This document shows, one piece after another, positions 10,274-18,323 of a stretch of 47,772 bases of DNA. Under the pieces are notes generated by a model. That model did no database searches and had not been told where the DNA came from. It saw nothing but the letters and a program-made list of their open reading frames with translations. Positions within the stretch are counted from its first letter, which is position 1, and every line of letters begins with the position of its first letter. Source of the DNA: Pseudomonadota bacterium (GTDB lineage: Bacteria > Pseudomonadota > Alphaproteobacteria > Rhodospirillales > Magnetospirillaceae); contig JBFMHS010000409.1 in assembly GCA_040751765.1 (NCBI GenBank), forward strand, positions 1 to 47,772, read 5' to 3'. The position numbers and the translations under genes were made by a program.

Positions 10274-10493
10274 GTCGGGGCGTTGTCGCGAGGTTTTGTT
10301 GCGTCTATTGTCCGAGAAGACGAAATTTAATTCTTATTTTTCGGCGTTCGTGGTAACAACCATCCGTTTCGCAGGTGCAGCAGAGGCCCTCGGCCGCGCG
10401 CTTGTGCATTGCGGGATTTTCATGGCGGAACCGCGCCGGTTGGGGTACACTATGCCCAATTTGCGGGCAGACCGTGGGTGTTGAGTAAAAACT

Positions 10494-11075
10494 ATGCAGG
10501 AAATTCTGCTCCTCCTGATCGGGACGGCCCTGGTCAACAACGTGGTGCTGGTCAAGTTCCTTGGCCTGTGCCCGTTCATGGGCACGTCGAACAAGGTGGA
10601 CACCGCCATCGGCATGGGCATGGCGACCACCTTCGTGATGACGCTGTCCTCGGTCCTGGCCTGGGGCATCGAGGCGTTCCTGCTGCTGCCCCTCGACCTC
10701 GGCTTCCTGCGCACCATCACCTTCATCCTGGTGATCGCCGCCGTCGTCCAGTTCACCGAGATGGTGGTCCGCAAGATCTCGCCGGCGCTGTACCAGACGC
10801 TGGGCGTCTACCTGCCGCTGATCACCACCAACTGCGCCATCCTGGGTGTTGCCCTGCTCAATGTCCAGGAAGGCCACAGCTTCGTTCAAAGCCTGCTGTA
10901 CGGCTTCGGGTCGGCGGCCGGCTTCACCTTGATCCTGGTCATCTTCGCCGGCCTGCGCGAACGTGTCGCGCTGGCCGAGGTCCCCGCCGCCTTCGAGGGC
11001 GCGCCCATCGGCTTCATCGTCGCGGGCCTGCTGTCGCTGGCGTTCATGGGGTTCGCCGGCATCAGCGCCAAGTAA
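10494..11075 (+). CDS. rnfA: Rnf electron transport complex subunit A
   Basis: 193 aa, polytopic, '[17 protein letters not shown]', '[15 protein letters not shown]'. Confidence 0.95.
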   Translation: MQEILLLLIGTALVNNVVLVKFLGLCPFMGTSNKVDTAIGMGMATTFVMTLSSVLAWGIEAFLLLPLDLGFLRTITFILVIAAVVQFTEMVVRKISPALYQTLGVYLPLITTNCAILGVALLNVQEGHSFVQSLLYGFGSAAGFTLILVIFAGLRERVALAEVPAAFEGAPIGFIVAGLLSLAFMGFAGISAK

Positions 11076-11087
11076 GAGGTTAGGGAC

Positions 11088-11624
11088 ATGCTCGCCGCCG
11101 TCGGAAGTCTCGCCGTTCTCGGAGCCACCCTGGGCACCCTGCTGGGCATCGCCGCGCGCTACCTGCGCGTGGAGGAGAACCCGCTGGAGGCCGAGCTGGA
11201 GGCGCTGCTGCCCGGGTCGCAATGCGGTCAGTGCGGGTATGCCGGCTGCAAGCAGGCGGCCTCGGCGCTGGCCTCGGGCGAGGCCAAGCCGACCATGTGC
11301 CCGCCGGGCGGGCGCGAGACGGCGGCGGCCATCGCCGCCAAGCTGGGCGTCACCATCGACCTGTCGGGCGCCGAGGAGATGGAGCCCGAAATCGCCTTCA
11401 TCAACGAGGACATCTGCATCGGCTGCATGCGCTGCTTCCAGGAGTGCTCGTCGGATGCCATCGTCGGCGCGCCCAAGCAGATGCATACCGTCATCACCGA
11501 CGTCTGCCACGGCTGCGGCAAATGCGCCGAGGTCTGCCCGACCGAGGCCGTCGAGTTGCGGCCGGTGCCGGTGACCCTGGCCAGCTGGCACTGGCACAAG
11601 CCGGTCTCGCGGATGGTGCACTGA
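11088..11624 (+). CDS. rnfB: Rnf complex subunit B (Fe-S)
   Basis: 178 aa with an N-terminal TM segment, 'CGQCGYAGC' and two ferredoxin CxxCxxCxxxCP motifs. Confidence 0.93.
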   Translation: MLAAVGSLAVLGATLGTLLGIAARYLRVEENPLEAELEALLPGSQCGQCGYAGCKQAASALASGEAKPTMCPPGGRETAAAIAAKLGVTIDLSGAEEMEPEIAFINEDICIGCMRCFQECSSDAIVGAPKQMHTVITDVCHGCGKCAEVCPTEAVELRPVPVTLASWHWHKPVSRMVH

Positions 11625-11625
11625 G

Positions 11626-13158
11626 ATGAAGCTGTTCCGCGTTCGGGGCGGCGTCCATCCCGACTACCGCAAGGAGCTGAGCTCGGAGAAGGCCACCGTG
11701 CCCTTTCCGCTGCCCAAGCGCCTGTACATGCCGCTGCAGCAGCATATCGGCGCCCCCGCCGAGCCGCTGGTCGCCATCGGCGACCGCGTGCTCAAGGGCC
11801 AGATGATCGCCCGCGGCGCCGGCGCGGTGTCGGCGCCGGTGCACGCCCCCACCTCGGGCGTGGTGGCCGATATCGGCAACCACACCGCTCCGCATCCGTC
11901 GGGGCTGCCCCAGCGCACCATCGTCATCGAGCCCGACGGCGAGGATGAGTGGGCGCCGCTGCCCGAGCCGGTGGCCGACCACCTGTCGCTGACCCCGGCC
12001 GACATCGCCAGGCGTGTGGCCGAGGCCGGCATCGTCGGCCTGGGCGGCGCCACCTTCCCGTCGGCGGTCAAGCTGGACCTGCGCTCGCGCTACAAGCTGG
12101 ACATCCTGCTGGTCAACGGCGCCGAGTGCGAGCCCTACCTGACCTGTGACGACCGCCTGATGCGCGAGCACGCCGACGAGGTCATGGACGGCGTGCGCAT
12201 CATGGCCTACGCGCTGGAGGTCCAGACGGTCCTCATCGCCATCGAGGACAACAAGCCGCAGGCCCTGGCGGCCATGACCCGGGCCGCCGCCGGACTGGGC
12301 GGCGACATCCGGGTGGTCGGCGTCCCGGTGCGCTACCCCATGGGCTCGGAACGCCACCTGACCCTGGCGCTGACCGGGCGCGAGACCCCGGCCCGCAAGC
12401 TGACCGCCGATATCGGCGTGGTGGTCCACAACGTCGCCACCGCCCGCGCCGTGTCGCAGGCCATCCGGTCGGGACGGCCGCTGATCAGCCGCCTGGTCAC
12501 CGTGTCCGGCTCGGCCATCGCCGAGCCCAAGAACATCGAGGTGCCGCTGGGCGTCCAGGTCTCGGAGCTGATCGCCTTCTGCGGCGGCCTGACCGAACAG
12601 CCCCGGCGCATCATCTCCGGCGGCCCGATGATGGGCCAGCCGCTGCCCACCACCGAGGTCCCGGTGATCAAGGGCACCAGCGGCATCCTGGCGCTGACCC
12701 ACGCCGAGACCAACGAGAAGGCGGCCCAGCCCTGCATCCGCTGCGGCACCTGCGTCACCGCCTGTCCCTGCGGCCTGGTGCCGGTGGAGATGGCCGCCTT
12801 CATCCGCAAGGACAACCTGGACGGCGCCCAGGCCGCCGGCGTGCTGGACTGCGTCTCCTGCGGCAGCTGCTCCTATGTCTGCCCGTCGCACATCCCGCTG
12901 GTCCATTATTTCAACTACGCCAAGGGCCGCATCAACGCGCTGGAGCGTGACAAGCGCAAGCGCGACCTGGTGAAGAAGCTGGTCGAGGCGCGGGCCGAGC
13001 GCATGGAGCGCCTGGCCAAGGCCAAGCGCGAGGCGCTGGCCGCCAAGAAGGCCGCCGCCGAGGCGGCCAAGGCGGCCAAGGCCGCCGCCGAGGCCGCCAA
13101 GCCCGCCGAGGCTCCCGTCAGCGAGGACAAGGCCAGCGAGGACAAGGCCAGCGCATGA
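11626..13158 (+). CDS. rnfC: Rnf complex subunit C (NADH-binding, 2x[4Fe-4S]) with a Lys/Ala-rich C-terminal tail
   Basis: 510 aa, 'GIVGLGGATFP', 'CIRCGTCVTACP', 'CVSCGSCSYVCP'. Confidence 0.93.
   Translation: MKLFRVRGGVHPDYRKELSSEKATVPFPLPKRLYMPLQQHIGAPAEPLVAIGDRVLKGQMIARGAGAVSAPVHAPTSGVVADIGNHTAPHPSGLPQRTIVIEPDGEDEWAPLPEPVADHLSLTPADIARRVAEAGIVGLGGATFPSAVKLDLRSRYKLDILLVNGAECEPYLTCDDRLMREHADEVMDGVRIMAYALEVQTVLIAIEDNKPQALAAMTRAAAGLGGDIRVVGVPVRYPMGSERHLTLALTGRETPARKLTADIGVVVHNVATARAVSQAIRSGRPLISRLVTVSGSAIAEPKNIEVPLGVQVSELIAFCGGLTEQPRRIISGGPMMGQPLPTTEVPVIKGTSGILALTHAETNEKAAQPCIRCGTCVTACPCGLVPVEMAAFIRKDNLDGAQAAGVLDCVSCGSCSYVCPSHIPLVHYFNYAKGRINALERDKRKRDLVKKLVEARAERMERLAKAKREALAAKKAAAEAAKAAKAAAEAAKPAEAPVSEDKASEDKASA
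13120..13149 (+). repeat. Exact 15-bp tandem duplication (agcgaggacaaggcc x2) encoding SEDKA-SEDKA at the rnfC 3' end
   Basis: Read directly from the sequence. It lies within the low-complexity Ala/Lys/Glu tail of RnfC. Confidence 0.8.
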
Positions 13159-14231
13159 CCGTCGTGATCGACAAGAGCGGGCCCTTCGCCCACGCCCCCA
13201 CCAGCGTGCAGCGGACCATGACCCTGGTCCTGGCCGCCCTGCTGCCCGCCACCGCCTTCAACATCTGGCTGTTCGGCTGGCCGGCGCTGTTGCTGTTCGC
13301 CGTCACCCTGGCCGCCGCCCTGGCCACCGAAGCCGGCTGCCTGCGCCTGCTCGGCCGGCCGCTGTCGCCGACCCTGTGGGACGGTTCGGCGGCGCTGACC
13401 GGCTGGCTGCTGGCCATGAGCCTGCCGCCGTGGGCGCCGTGGTGGATCGGCGCGGTGGGGTCCTTCGTCGCCATCGCCTTCGGCAAGCACATGTTCGGCG
13501 GCATCGGTCAGAACGTGTTCAACCCGGCCATGGTCGCCCGCGTGGCGCTGCTGATCTCGTTCCCGGTGCAGATGACCATCTTCACCCGCCCGGCCCCCAT
13601 CGGCCAGGCCGGCTCGCCCGGGTTCCTCGAGTCGCTGGCAATCACCTTCGGCGGACGCTTCGACGTCGACGCGCTGTCGGCGGCCTCGGCGCTGGGCCAC
13701 GTCAAGACCGAACTGTCGCGCGGCATCCCGGTCACCGACAGCATGGCCAAGGCTCCCGAGCTGATGGACCTAATGCTGGGCACCATTCCGGGCTCGTTCG
13801 GCGAGACCTCGGCGATCCTGATCCTGCTGGGCGGCGCCTTCCTGCTGGCCAAAAGGATCATCACCTGGCACATCCCGGCGGCCATGCTGGGCACCATCTT
13901 CGTGCTGGGCACGGTGTTCAACGCCCTCGATCCCGCCCGCCACGCCGACGGCCTGTTTCACCTGTTGTCGGGCGCCACCTTCCTGGGCGCCTTCTTCATC
14001 GCCACCGACTACGTCACCTCGCCGGTGGCCAGGCAGGGACAGATCGTCTACGGCATCGGCGTCGGCCTGCTGACCTGGATCATCCGCACCTATGCCGGCT
14101 ATCCCGAGGGCGTGGCCTTCGCCGTGCTGCTGATGAACGCCATGACGCCGCTGATCGACCGCGGGTTCCGGCCGCGCGTGTTCGGCCGCACCCGCCGCGG
14201 CGAGCCGCTGCCGGTCAAGGGGGGCAAATGA
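13155..14231 (+). CDS. rnfD: Rnf complex subunit D
   Basis: 358 aa, polytopic, NqrB/RnfD-like ('GGIGQNVFNPAMVARV', 'TDYVTSP'). Overlaps the rnfC stop. Confidence 0.93.
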   Translation: MTVVIDKSGPFAHAPTSVQRTMTLVLAALLPATAFNIWLFGWPALLLFAVTLAAALATEAGCLRLLGRPLSPTLWDGSAALTGWLLAMSLPPWAPWWIGAVGSFVAIAFGKHMFGGIGQNVFNPAMVARVALLISFPVQMTIFTRPAPIGQAGSPGFLESLAITFGGRFDVDALSAASALGHVKTELSRGIPVTDSMAKAPELMDLMLGTIPGSFGETSAILILLGGAFLLAKRIITWHIPAAMLGTIFVLGTVFNALDPARHADGLFHLLSGATFLGAFFIATDYVTSPVARQGQIVYGIGVGLLTWIIRTYAGYPEGVAFAVLLMNAMTPLIDRGFRPRVFGRTRRGEPLPVKGGK

Positions 14232-14815
14232 ACGCGCGTGACACCCTGATCCACGCCGTGGTGCTGGGCGGCTTCTCGCTGGCCGCCGCCGGTCTGCTGG
14301 CCAGCGGCAACATGTTCACCGCCGAGGAAATCCGCTTGCGCGCCATCGAGGATTTGCAGGCCTCGCTGACCCAGGTCATCCCGGCGACCATCCACGACAA
14401 CAACCCGGTCGCCGACGCCGCCAGCGTCGAGGGCCGCAAGGTCTATCGCGCGCTCAAGGCCGGCAAGGTCACCGGCGTCGCCTTCGAGTCAAGCGCCAAC
14501 GGCTATGCCGGCGAGATCCGCGTCATCCTGGGCGTCGACGTCGAGGGCCGCATCCTGGGTGTCCGCGTGGTCAAGCATGCCGAGACCCCCGGCCTGGGCG
14601 ACAAGATCGAGGTCGCCAAGTCCGACTGGATCACCCGCTTCACCGGCCTGTTCCTGGGCGACCCGCCCGAGGACAAGTGGGCGGTCAAGAAGGACGGCGG
14701 CCCCTTCGACCAGTTCGCCGGCGCCACCATCACCCCGCGCGCCACCGTGAACGCCATCCGTGACGGCCTGAAGTTCTTCGCCGCCCACAAGACCGAGATG
14801 CTGGAGGTCCGCTGA
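14228..14815 (+). CDS. rnfG: Rnf complex subunit G (FMN-binding)
   Basis: C-terminal part of ORF 13376..14815, from the ATG at 14228 (ATGA overlap with the rnfD stop). 'ETPGLGDKI' and 'FDQFAGATITPRA' (flavinylation Thr context). Confidence 0.9.
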   Translation: MNARDTLIHAVVLGGFSLAAAGLLASGNMFTAEEIRLRAIEDLQASLTQVIPATIHDNNPVADAASVEGRKVYRALKAGKVTGVAFESSANGYAGEIRVILGVDVEGRILGVRVVKHAETPGLGDKIEVAKSDWITRFTGLFLGDPPEDKWAVKKDGGPFDQFAGATITPRATVNAIRDGLKFFAAHKTEMLEVR

Positions 14816-15498
14816 TGGCCCAGTACCGCACCATCATCCGCCAGGGACTGTGGGACAACAACGTGGTGTTCGGCCAGATGCTGGGCCTGTGCCCCACCCT
14901 GGCCGTGACTTCGACGGCCACCAACGGCCTGGGCATGGGGCTGGCGACCCTGGCGGTGGTGACCGCCGCCAACCTGCTGGTGTCGGCGTTGCGCCGCTTC
15001 ATCACCGCCGAGGTCCGCATCCCGGCCTTCGTGCTGATCATCGCCACCATGGTCACCGTGGTCGACATGGCGATGAACGCCTGGCTGCACGAGCTGTACA
15101 AGGTGCTGGGCCTGTTCATCCCGCTGATCGTGGTCAACTGCCTGGTGCTCGGCCGCGCCGAGAGCTTCGCTTCCAAGAACCCGCTGGCGCCGTCCATCGT
15201 CGACGGCCTCGCCATGGGCGTCGGTTTCACCCTGGCCCTGGTCGTCGTCGGGGGCCTGCGTGAGGTGATCGGCACCGGTACCCTGTTCGCCAATGCCTCG
15301 GGCCTGCTGGGGCCGGCCTTCACCTTCCTGGAGATGAAGCTGACCCCGGCCGACTATCCCGGCGCGCTGGTGATGATCCTGCCGCCCGGGGGCTTCGTCG
15401 CCGTGGGCGTGCTGATCGCGCTCAAGCGCATCATCGACGCCCGCGCCGGCAAGAAGGTCGACACCTCCGCCACTTCCGTCTGCCACGCCGCCGAGTGA
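14815..15498 (+). CDS. rnfE: Rnf complex subunit E
   Basis: 227 aa, 'NNVVFGQMLGLCPTLAVT', 'GLFIPLIVVNCLVLGRAE'. Confidence 0.93.
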   Translation: MAQYRTIIRQGLWDNNVVFGQMLGLCPTLAVTSTATNGLGMGLATLAVVTAANLLVSALRRFITAEVRIPAFVLIIATMVTVVDMAMNAWLHELYKVLGLFIPLIVVNCLVLGRAESFASKNPLAPSIVDGLAMGVGFTLALVVVGGLREVIGTGTLFANASGLLGPAFTFLEMKLTPADYPGALVMILPPGGFVAVGVLIALKRIIDARAGKKVDTSATSVCHAAE

Positions 15499-15503
15499 CG
15501 CCC

Positions 15504-15791
15504 ATGAAGGTCGGAATCGCCTACGCCACCCCCGCCAAGCAAAGCTGGATCACCGTCGAGGTCCCCGAGGGGACCACGGTCGAGACCGCGATCCGCACCT
15601 CCGGCATCCTGGTCCAGTTCCCCGAGATCGACCTGGAAGCCCAGAAGGTCGGCATCTTCGGCAAGCCGGTGACGCTGGACACCGTGGTCGAGGACGGCGC
15701 CCGGGTCGAGATCTACCGCCCCATCACCGCCGACCCCAAGACGGTGCGCCGCCGCGCCAAGCCCGGCGGCGGCGACGCGGCGGACGAGTAG
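15504..15791 (+). CDS. rnfH: RnfH-family ubiquitin-like protein
   Basis: 'MKVGIAYATPAKQSWITVEVPEGTTVETAI...VEIYRPITADPK'. ATG at 15504. A GTG at 15495 is an alternative start. Confidence 0.8.
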   Translation: MKVGIAYATPAKQSWITVEVPEGTTVETAIRTSGILVQFPEIDLEAQKVGIFGKPVTLDTVVEDGARVEIYRPITADPKTVRRRAKPGGGDAADE

Positions 15792-15794
15792 GGG

Positions 15795-17117
15795 TCACCC
15801 CCCGAAGCTCACCGTCACCTTCAGCCCGCCCAGATCGGAGCGGCCGAAGGCCACCGTTCCGGCGTTGAGAGCGGCGATGTCGGCGACGATCGCCAGGCCC
15901 AGGCCCCAGCCGGGCACCTGTTCGTCCAGCCGCGTGCCCCTGCGGGCGGCGTCCTCGGCCTGGTCGGGGGTGAGGCCGGGGCCGTCGTCTTCCACCTCCA
16001 GGGTCAGCATTCCGCGCGCCGTGACCCGCACGGTCGAGCGCGCCCATTTGGCGGCGTTGTCGCCCAGGTTGCCGATGATCTCCTCCAGGTCCTCGCGCTC
16101 GCCCCGGAAGGCGGCGTCGTCCGCGACCGCCACGATGAAGGCCAGCCCCCTGTCGGCATGCACCCGCTCGAGCACCCGGGCAATGTCGGCCGTCACCGGG
16201 GCCACCGCCACCTTGCGGCCCAGCGCCCGGCCGGCACCGGCCACCGCCGCGGCGCGGGCGAGGTGGTGCTCGACCAGCCGGGTCATGGCCTGGACCTGGG
16301 CGCGGACGGTGCCTGGGTCGGGGGTGCCCGAGGCTTCGGCCGCCAGCACCGCCAGCGGCGTCTTCAGGCCGTGGGCCAGGTTGCCCACATGGGTGCGGGC
16401 GCGTTCGATCAACACCGCGTCGTGGTCGAGCACCTGGTTCATGGCCTCGGCCAGCGGGGCCACCTCGCGCGGATAGCGGCCGGCGAGGCGAGCCCGCTCG
16501 CCGTCGCGCACCGCCTGGAGATCGGCCCCCAGCACCCTCAGCGGCCGCAGCCCGAAGCGGACCTGCACCACCACCGCGCCGGCAAGGCCCAGCCCCATCA
16601 GCGCCAGCGCGGCGGCGAGCAGGGAGTCAAAGCGGTTGGTCTCGGCGGCGATCTCGCCCAGGTCGCCGGCGACCAGCACGTGGACGGGGGCGGCGATCCC
16701 GGCGAGGGTGACGTCGCGCTCGACCACCAGCAGCCTCTCGCCATTGGGGCCGGTAGCCCGTTCGGTGCGGACCGCGTGGGCGGCGGGATGGGTGGGCAGG
16801 GTGGAATCCCACAGTGAGCGCGAGCGCAGCAGGTCGCCGGCCGGCGGCGTCACCTGCCAGTACCAGCCCGAGAAGATGCGCTCGAAACGGGGGTCGCCCA
16901 GTGGCCGCGCCACCGTCAGGCCGCCGTCCGCCTCCACCCGCAGCGCGGCGATCTGGGCCTTCAGCAGGGCATCGAGGCGGTGCCCGAACTGGCGCTCGAC
17001 GGTGTCGTGGAAGGCCCCGACCAGGACCAGCCCGCCGCCGCCGAGCAACAGGGCCGTCCACAGCAGCGCGGCGGCGACCAGCCTGACGGTCAGAGACGGG
17101 ACGCGCGGGGCGCTCAT
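15795..17117 (-). CDS. PhoQ-like sensor histidine kinase (2 TM, periplasmic domain, HAMP, HisKA 'NLAHGLKTPL', HATPase)
   Basis: Within ORF 15795..17534. Start 'MSAPRVPSLTVRLVAAALLW'. ATGA overlap with the upstream response-regulator stop. Confidence 0.88.
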   Translation of the reverse strand: MSAPRVPSLTVRLVAAALLWTALLLGGGGLVLVGAFHDTVERQFGHRLDALLKAQIAALRVEADGGLTVARPLGDPRFERIFSGWYWQVTPPAGDLLRSRSLWDSTLPTHPAAHAVRTERATGPNGERLLVVERDVTLAGIAAPVHVLVAGDLGEIAAETNRFDSLLAAALALMGLGLAGAVVVQVRFGLRPLRVLGADLQAVRDGERARLAGRYPREVAPLAEAMNQVLDHDAVLIERARTHVGNLAHGLKTPLAVLAAEASGTPDPGTVRAQVQAMTRLVEHHLARAAAVAGAGRALGRKVAVAPVTADIARVLERVHADRGLAFIVAVADDAAFRGEREDLEEIIGNLGDNAAKWARSTVRVTARGMLTLEVEDDGPGLTPDQAEDAARRGTRLDEQVPGWGLGLAIVADIAALNAGTVAFGRSDLGGLKVTVSFGG

Positions 17118-17782
17118 GCCGGGTCCGGCGGTCCGAGCCGGTAGCCCTGGCCGCGCACGGTCTGGATCATGCCGGCGGGCAGCTTGCGTCGGATGCGTCC
17201 AACCAGAACCTCCAATACGTTCGAATCGCTGTCGAAATGACGGTCGTAGACATGCTCGGTCAATTCGGTGCGGCTGACCACCTTGCCCACGTGGTGCATG
17301 AGGTAGGACAGGATGCGGAATTCCTGCGCGGTCAGCGCCACCGGCATGCCGTCGAGGCTGGCACGGCCGCCGTTGGTGTCCAGCCGCAACGGCCCGCAGG
17401 CCAACTCGGGCTGGGCATGGCCGGCGGCGCGGCGGATCAGAGCGCGGACGCGGTAGACGATCTCCTCCATCTCGAAGGGCTTGGTGACGTAGTCGTCGGC
17501 CCCGGAATCGAAGCCGGCCATCTTCTCCGACCACCGCGAGCGCGCGGTCAGGATCAGCACCGGCATGGTCCGCCCGTCCTCGCGCCAGCGCTTCAGCACC
17601 GACAGGCCGTCCAGCTTGGGCAGGCCGAGGTCGAGGACCACGGCGTCGAAAGGCTCGGTGTCGCCCAGATGCCAGCCGTCCTCGCCGTCATAGGCCAGGT
17701 CCACGGCGTAGCCGGCGGCTTCCAGGGCCTTTTGCAGCCTGAGTGCCAGCGCCGGCTCGTCCTCGACCACCAGCACCCTCAT
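17114..17782 (-). CDS. OmpR/PhoB-family response regulator
   Basis: 222 aa, REC ('VLDLGLPKLDG', 'YVTKPF') plus a winged-helix output ('TVRGQGYRL'). Confidence 0.92.
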   Translation of the reverse strand: MRVLVVEDEPALALRLQKALEAAGYAVDLAYDGEDGWHLGDTEPFDAVVLDLGLPKLDGLSVLKRWREDGRTMPVLILTARSRWSEKMAGFDSGADDYVTKPFEMEEIVYRVRALIRRAAGHAQPELACGPLRLDTNGGRASLDGMPVALTAQEFRILSYLMHHVGKVVSRTELTEHVYDRHFDSDSNVLEVLVGRIRRKLPAGMIQTVRGQGYRLGPPDPA

Positions 17783-18078
17783 CGGCGGCGTTCCTTCTCG
17801 GTCAGAGGCTCGCCGGTGGCGGCATCGAACAGGCGCTCCACCACGCGGCCGTCCGGGGTCAGCAGCTTCAGTTCATAGACCAGCCGGCCGTGCTCGTGTT
17901 CCAGCTCGGCCTCCAGCAGTTGGCCGGGCTGCTCCTTCTCGGCGCGGTCGAGGATGGTCCTGAGCGGCAGCACCTGTCCAGCCTCGGCGGCGCGGCGGAC
18001 GCGGTCGTGATCACGCTCGCCGGCCAGGGTGGGGGCGGCGAGGGCGAGGGGCAGAAGGATGGCGAGGATGCGTTTCAT
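17779..18078 (-). CDS. Small secreted PepSY-domain protein
   Basis: 99 aa with signal peptide 'MKRILAILLPLALAAPTLA' and a PepSY-like 'LLEAELEHEHGRLVYELKLLTPDGRVVERLFDAATGE'. Overlaps the response-regulator start. Confidence 0.75.
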   Translation of the reverse strand: MKRILAILLPLALAAPTLAGERDHDRVRRAAEAGQVLPLRTILDRAEKEQPGQLLEAELEHEHGRLVYELKLLTPDGRVVERLFDAATGEPLTEKERRR

Positions 18079-18102
18079 GCCGGAAAGCCTATGACCGCCA
18101 AT

Positions 18103-18141
18103 CTGAACCGTGGCTGAACCGTGGGGTCAGGTCCGGTTCAG
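18103..18141. promoter_or_regulatory. Candidate response-regulator operator: ctgaaccgtgg x2 in exact tandem (11-bp period) plus an inverted copy cggttcag
   Basis: Direct repeats at 18103-18113 and 18114-18124, and an inverted octamer at 18134-18141. They sit in the divergent PepSY/cytochrome intergenic region, next to an OmpR-family regulator gene. Confidence 0.45.
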
Positions 18142-18187
18142 GCGCGCCCCGCTAAGGTGGGCTCCCATCGAAACCGAGGAGAGCCCG

Positions 18188-18313
18188 ATGCTGCGCAAGA
18201 TGATCCTGCAAGGCCTGGCCGCCGCGCTGCTGATCGCCGCCGGCGCCGCCGCCTATGCCACCGTCACCACCGGCGACCTGCCCCGCCTCTCCCACGACCA
18301 CGATGATGATTAA
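18188..18313 (+). CDS. Putative 41-aa membrane/secreted peptide with a His/Asp-rich C-terminus (MLRKMILQGLAAALLIAAGAAAYATVTTGDLPRLSHDHDDD)
   Basis: GAGGAG-like RBS 5-10 nt upstream, GC3-rich codons, and a stop codon embedded in the next gene's RBS (taaggag). Confidence 0.5.
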   Translation: MLRKMILQGLAAALLIAAGAAAYATVTTGDLPRLSHDHDDD

Positions 18314-18323
18314 GGAGCGATTC

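Noticed and set aside
10408-10426. An FNR-like sequence (TTGCG-GGAT-TTTCA) in the rnf leader.
   Set aside because: Only about 6 of 10 consensus positions match, compared with the perfect box upstream of ubiT. It is not distinguishable from background.
10197-10484. A 95-aa ORF (TTG start) filling the rseC-rnfA intergenic region.
   Set aside because: It has atypical codon usage with many AT-ending codons, no RBS, spans the hairpins, and its product is not protein-like. I treated the region as a non-coding leader instead.
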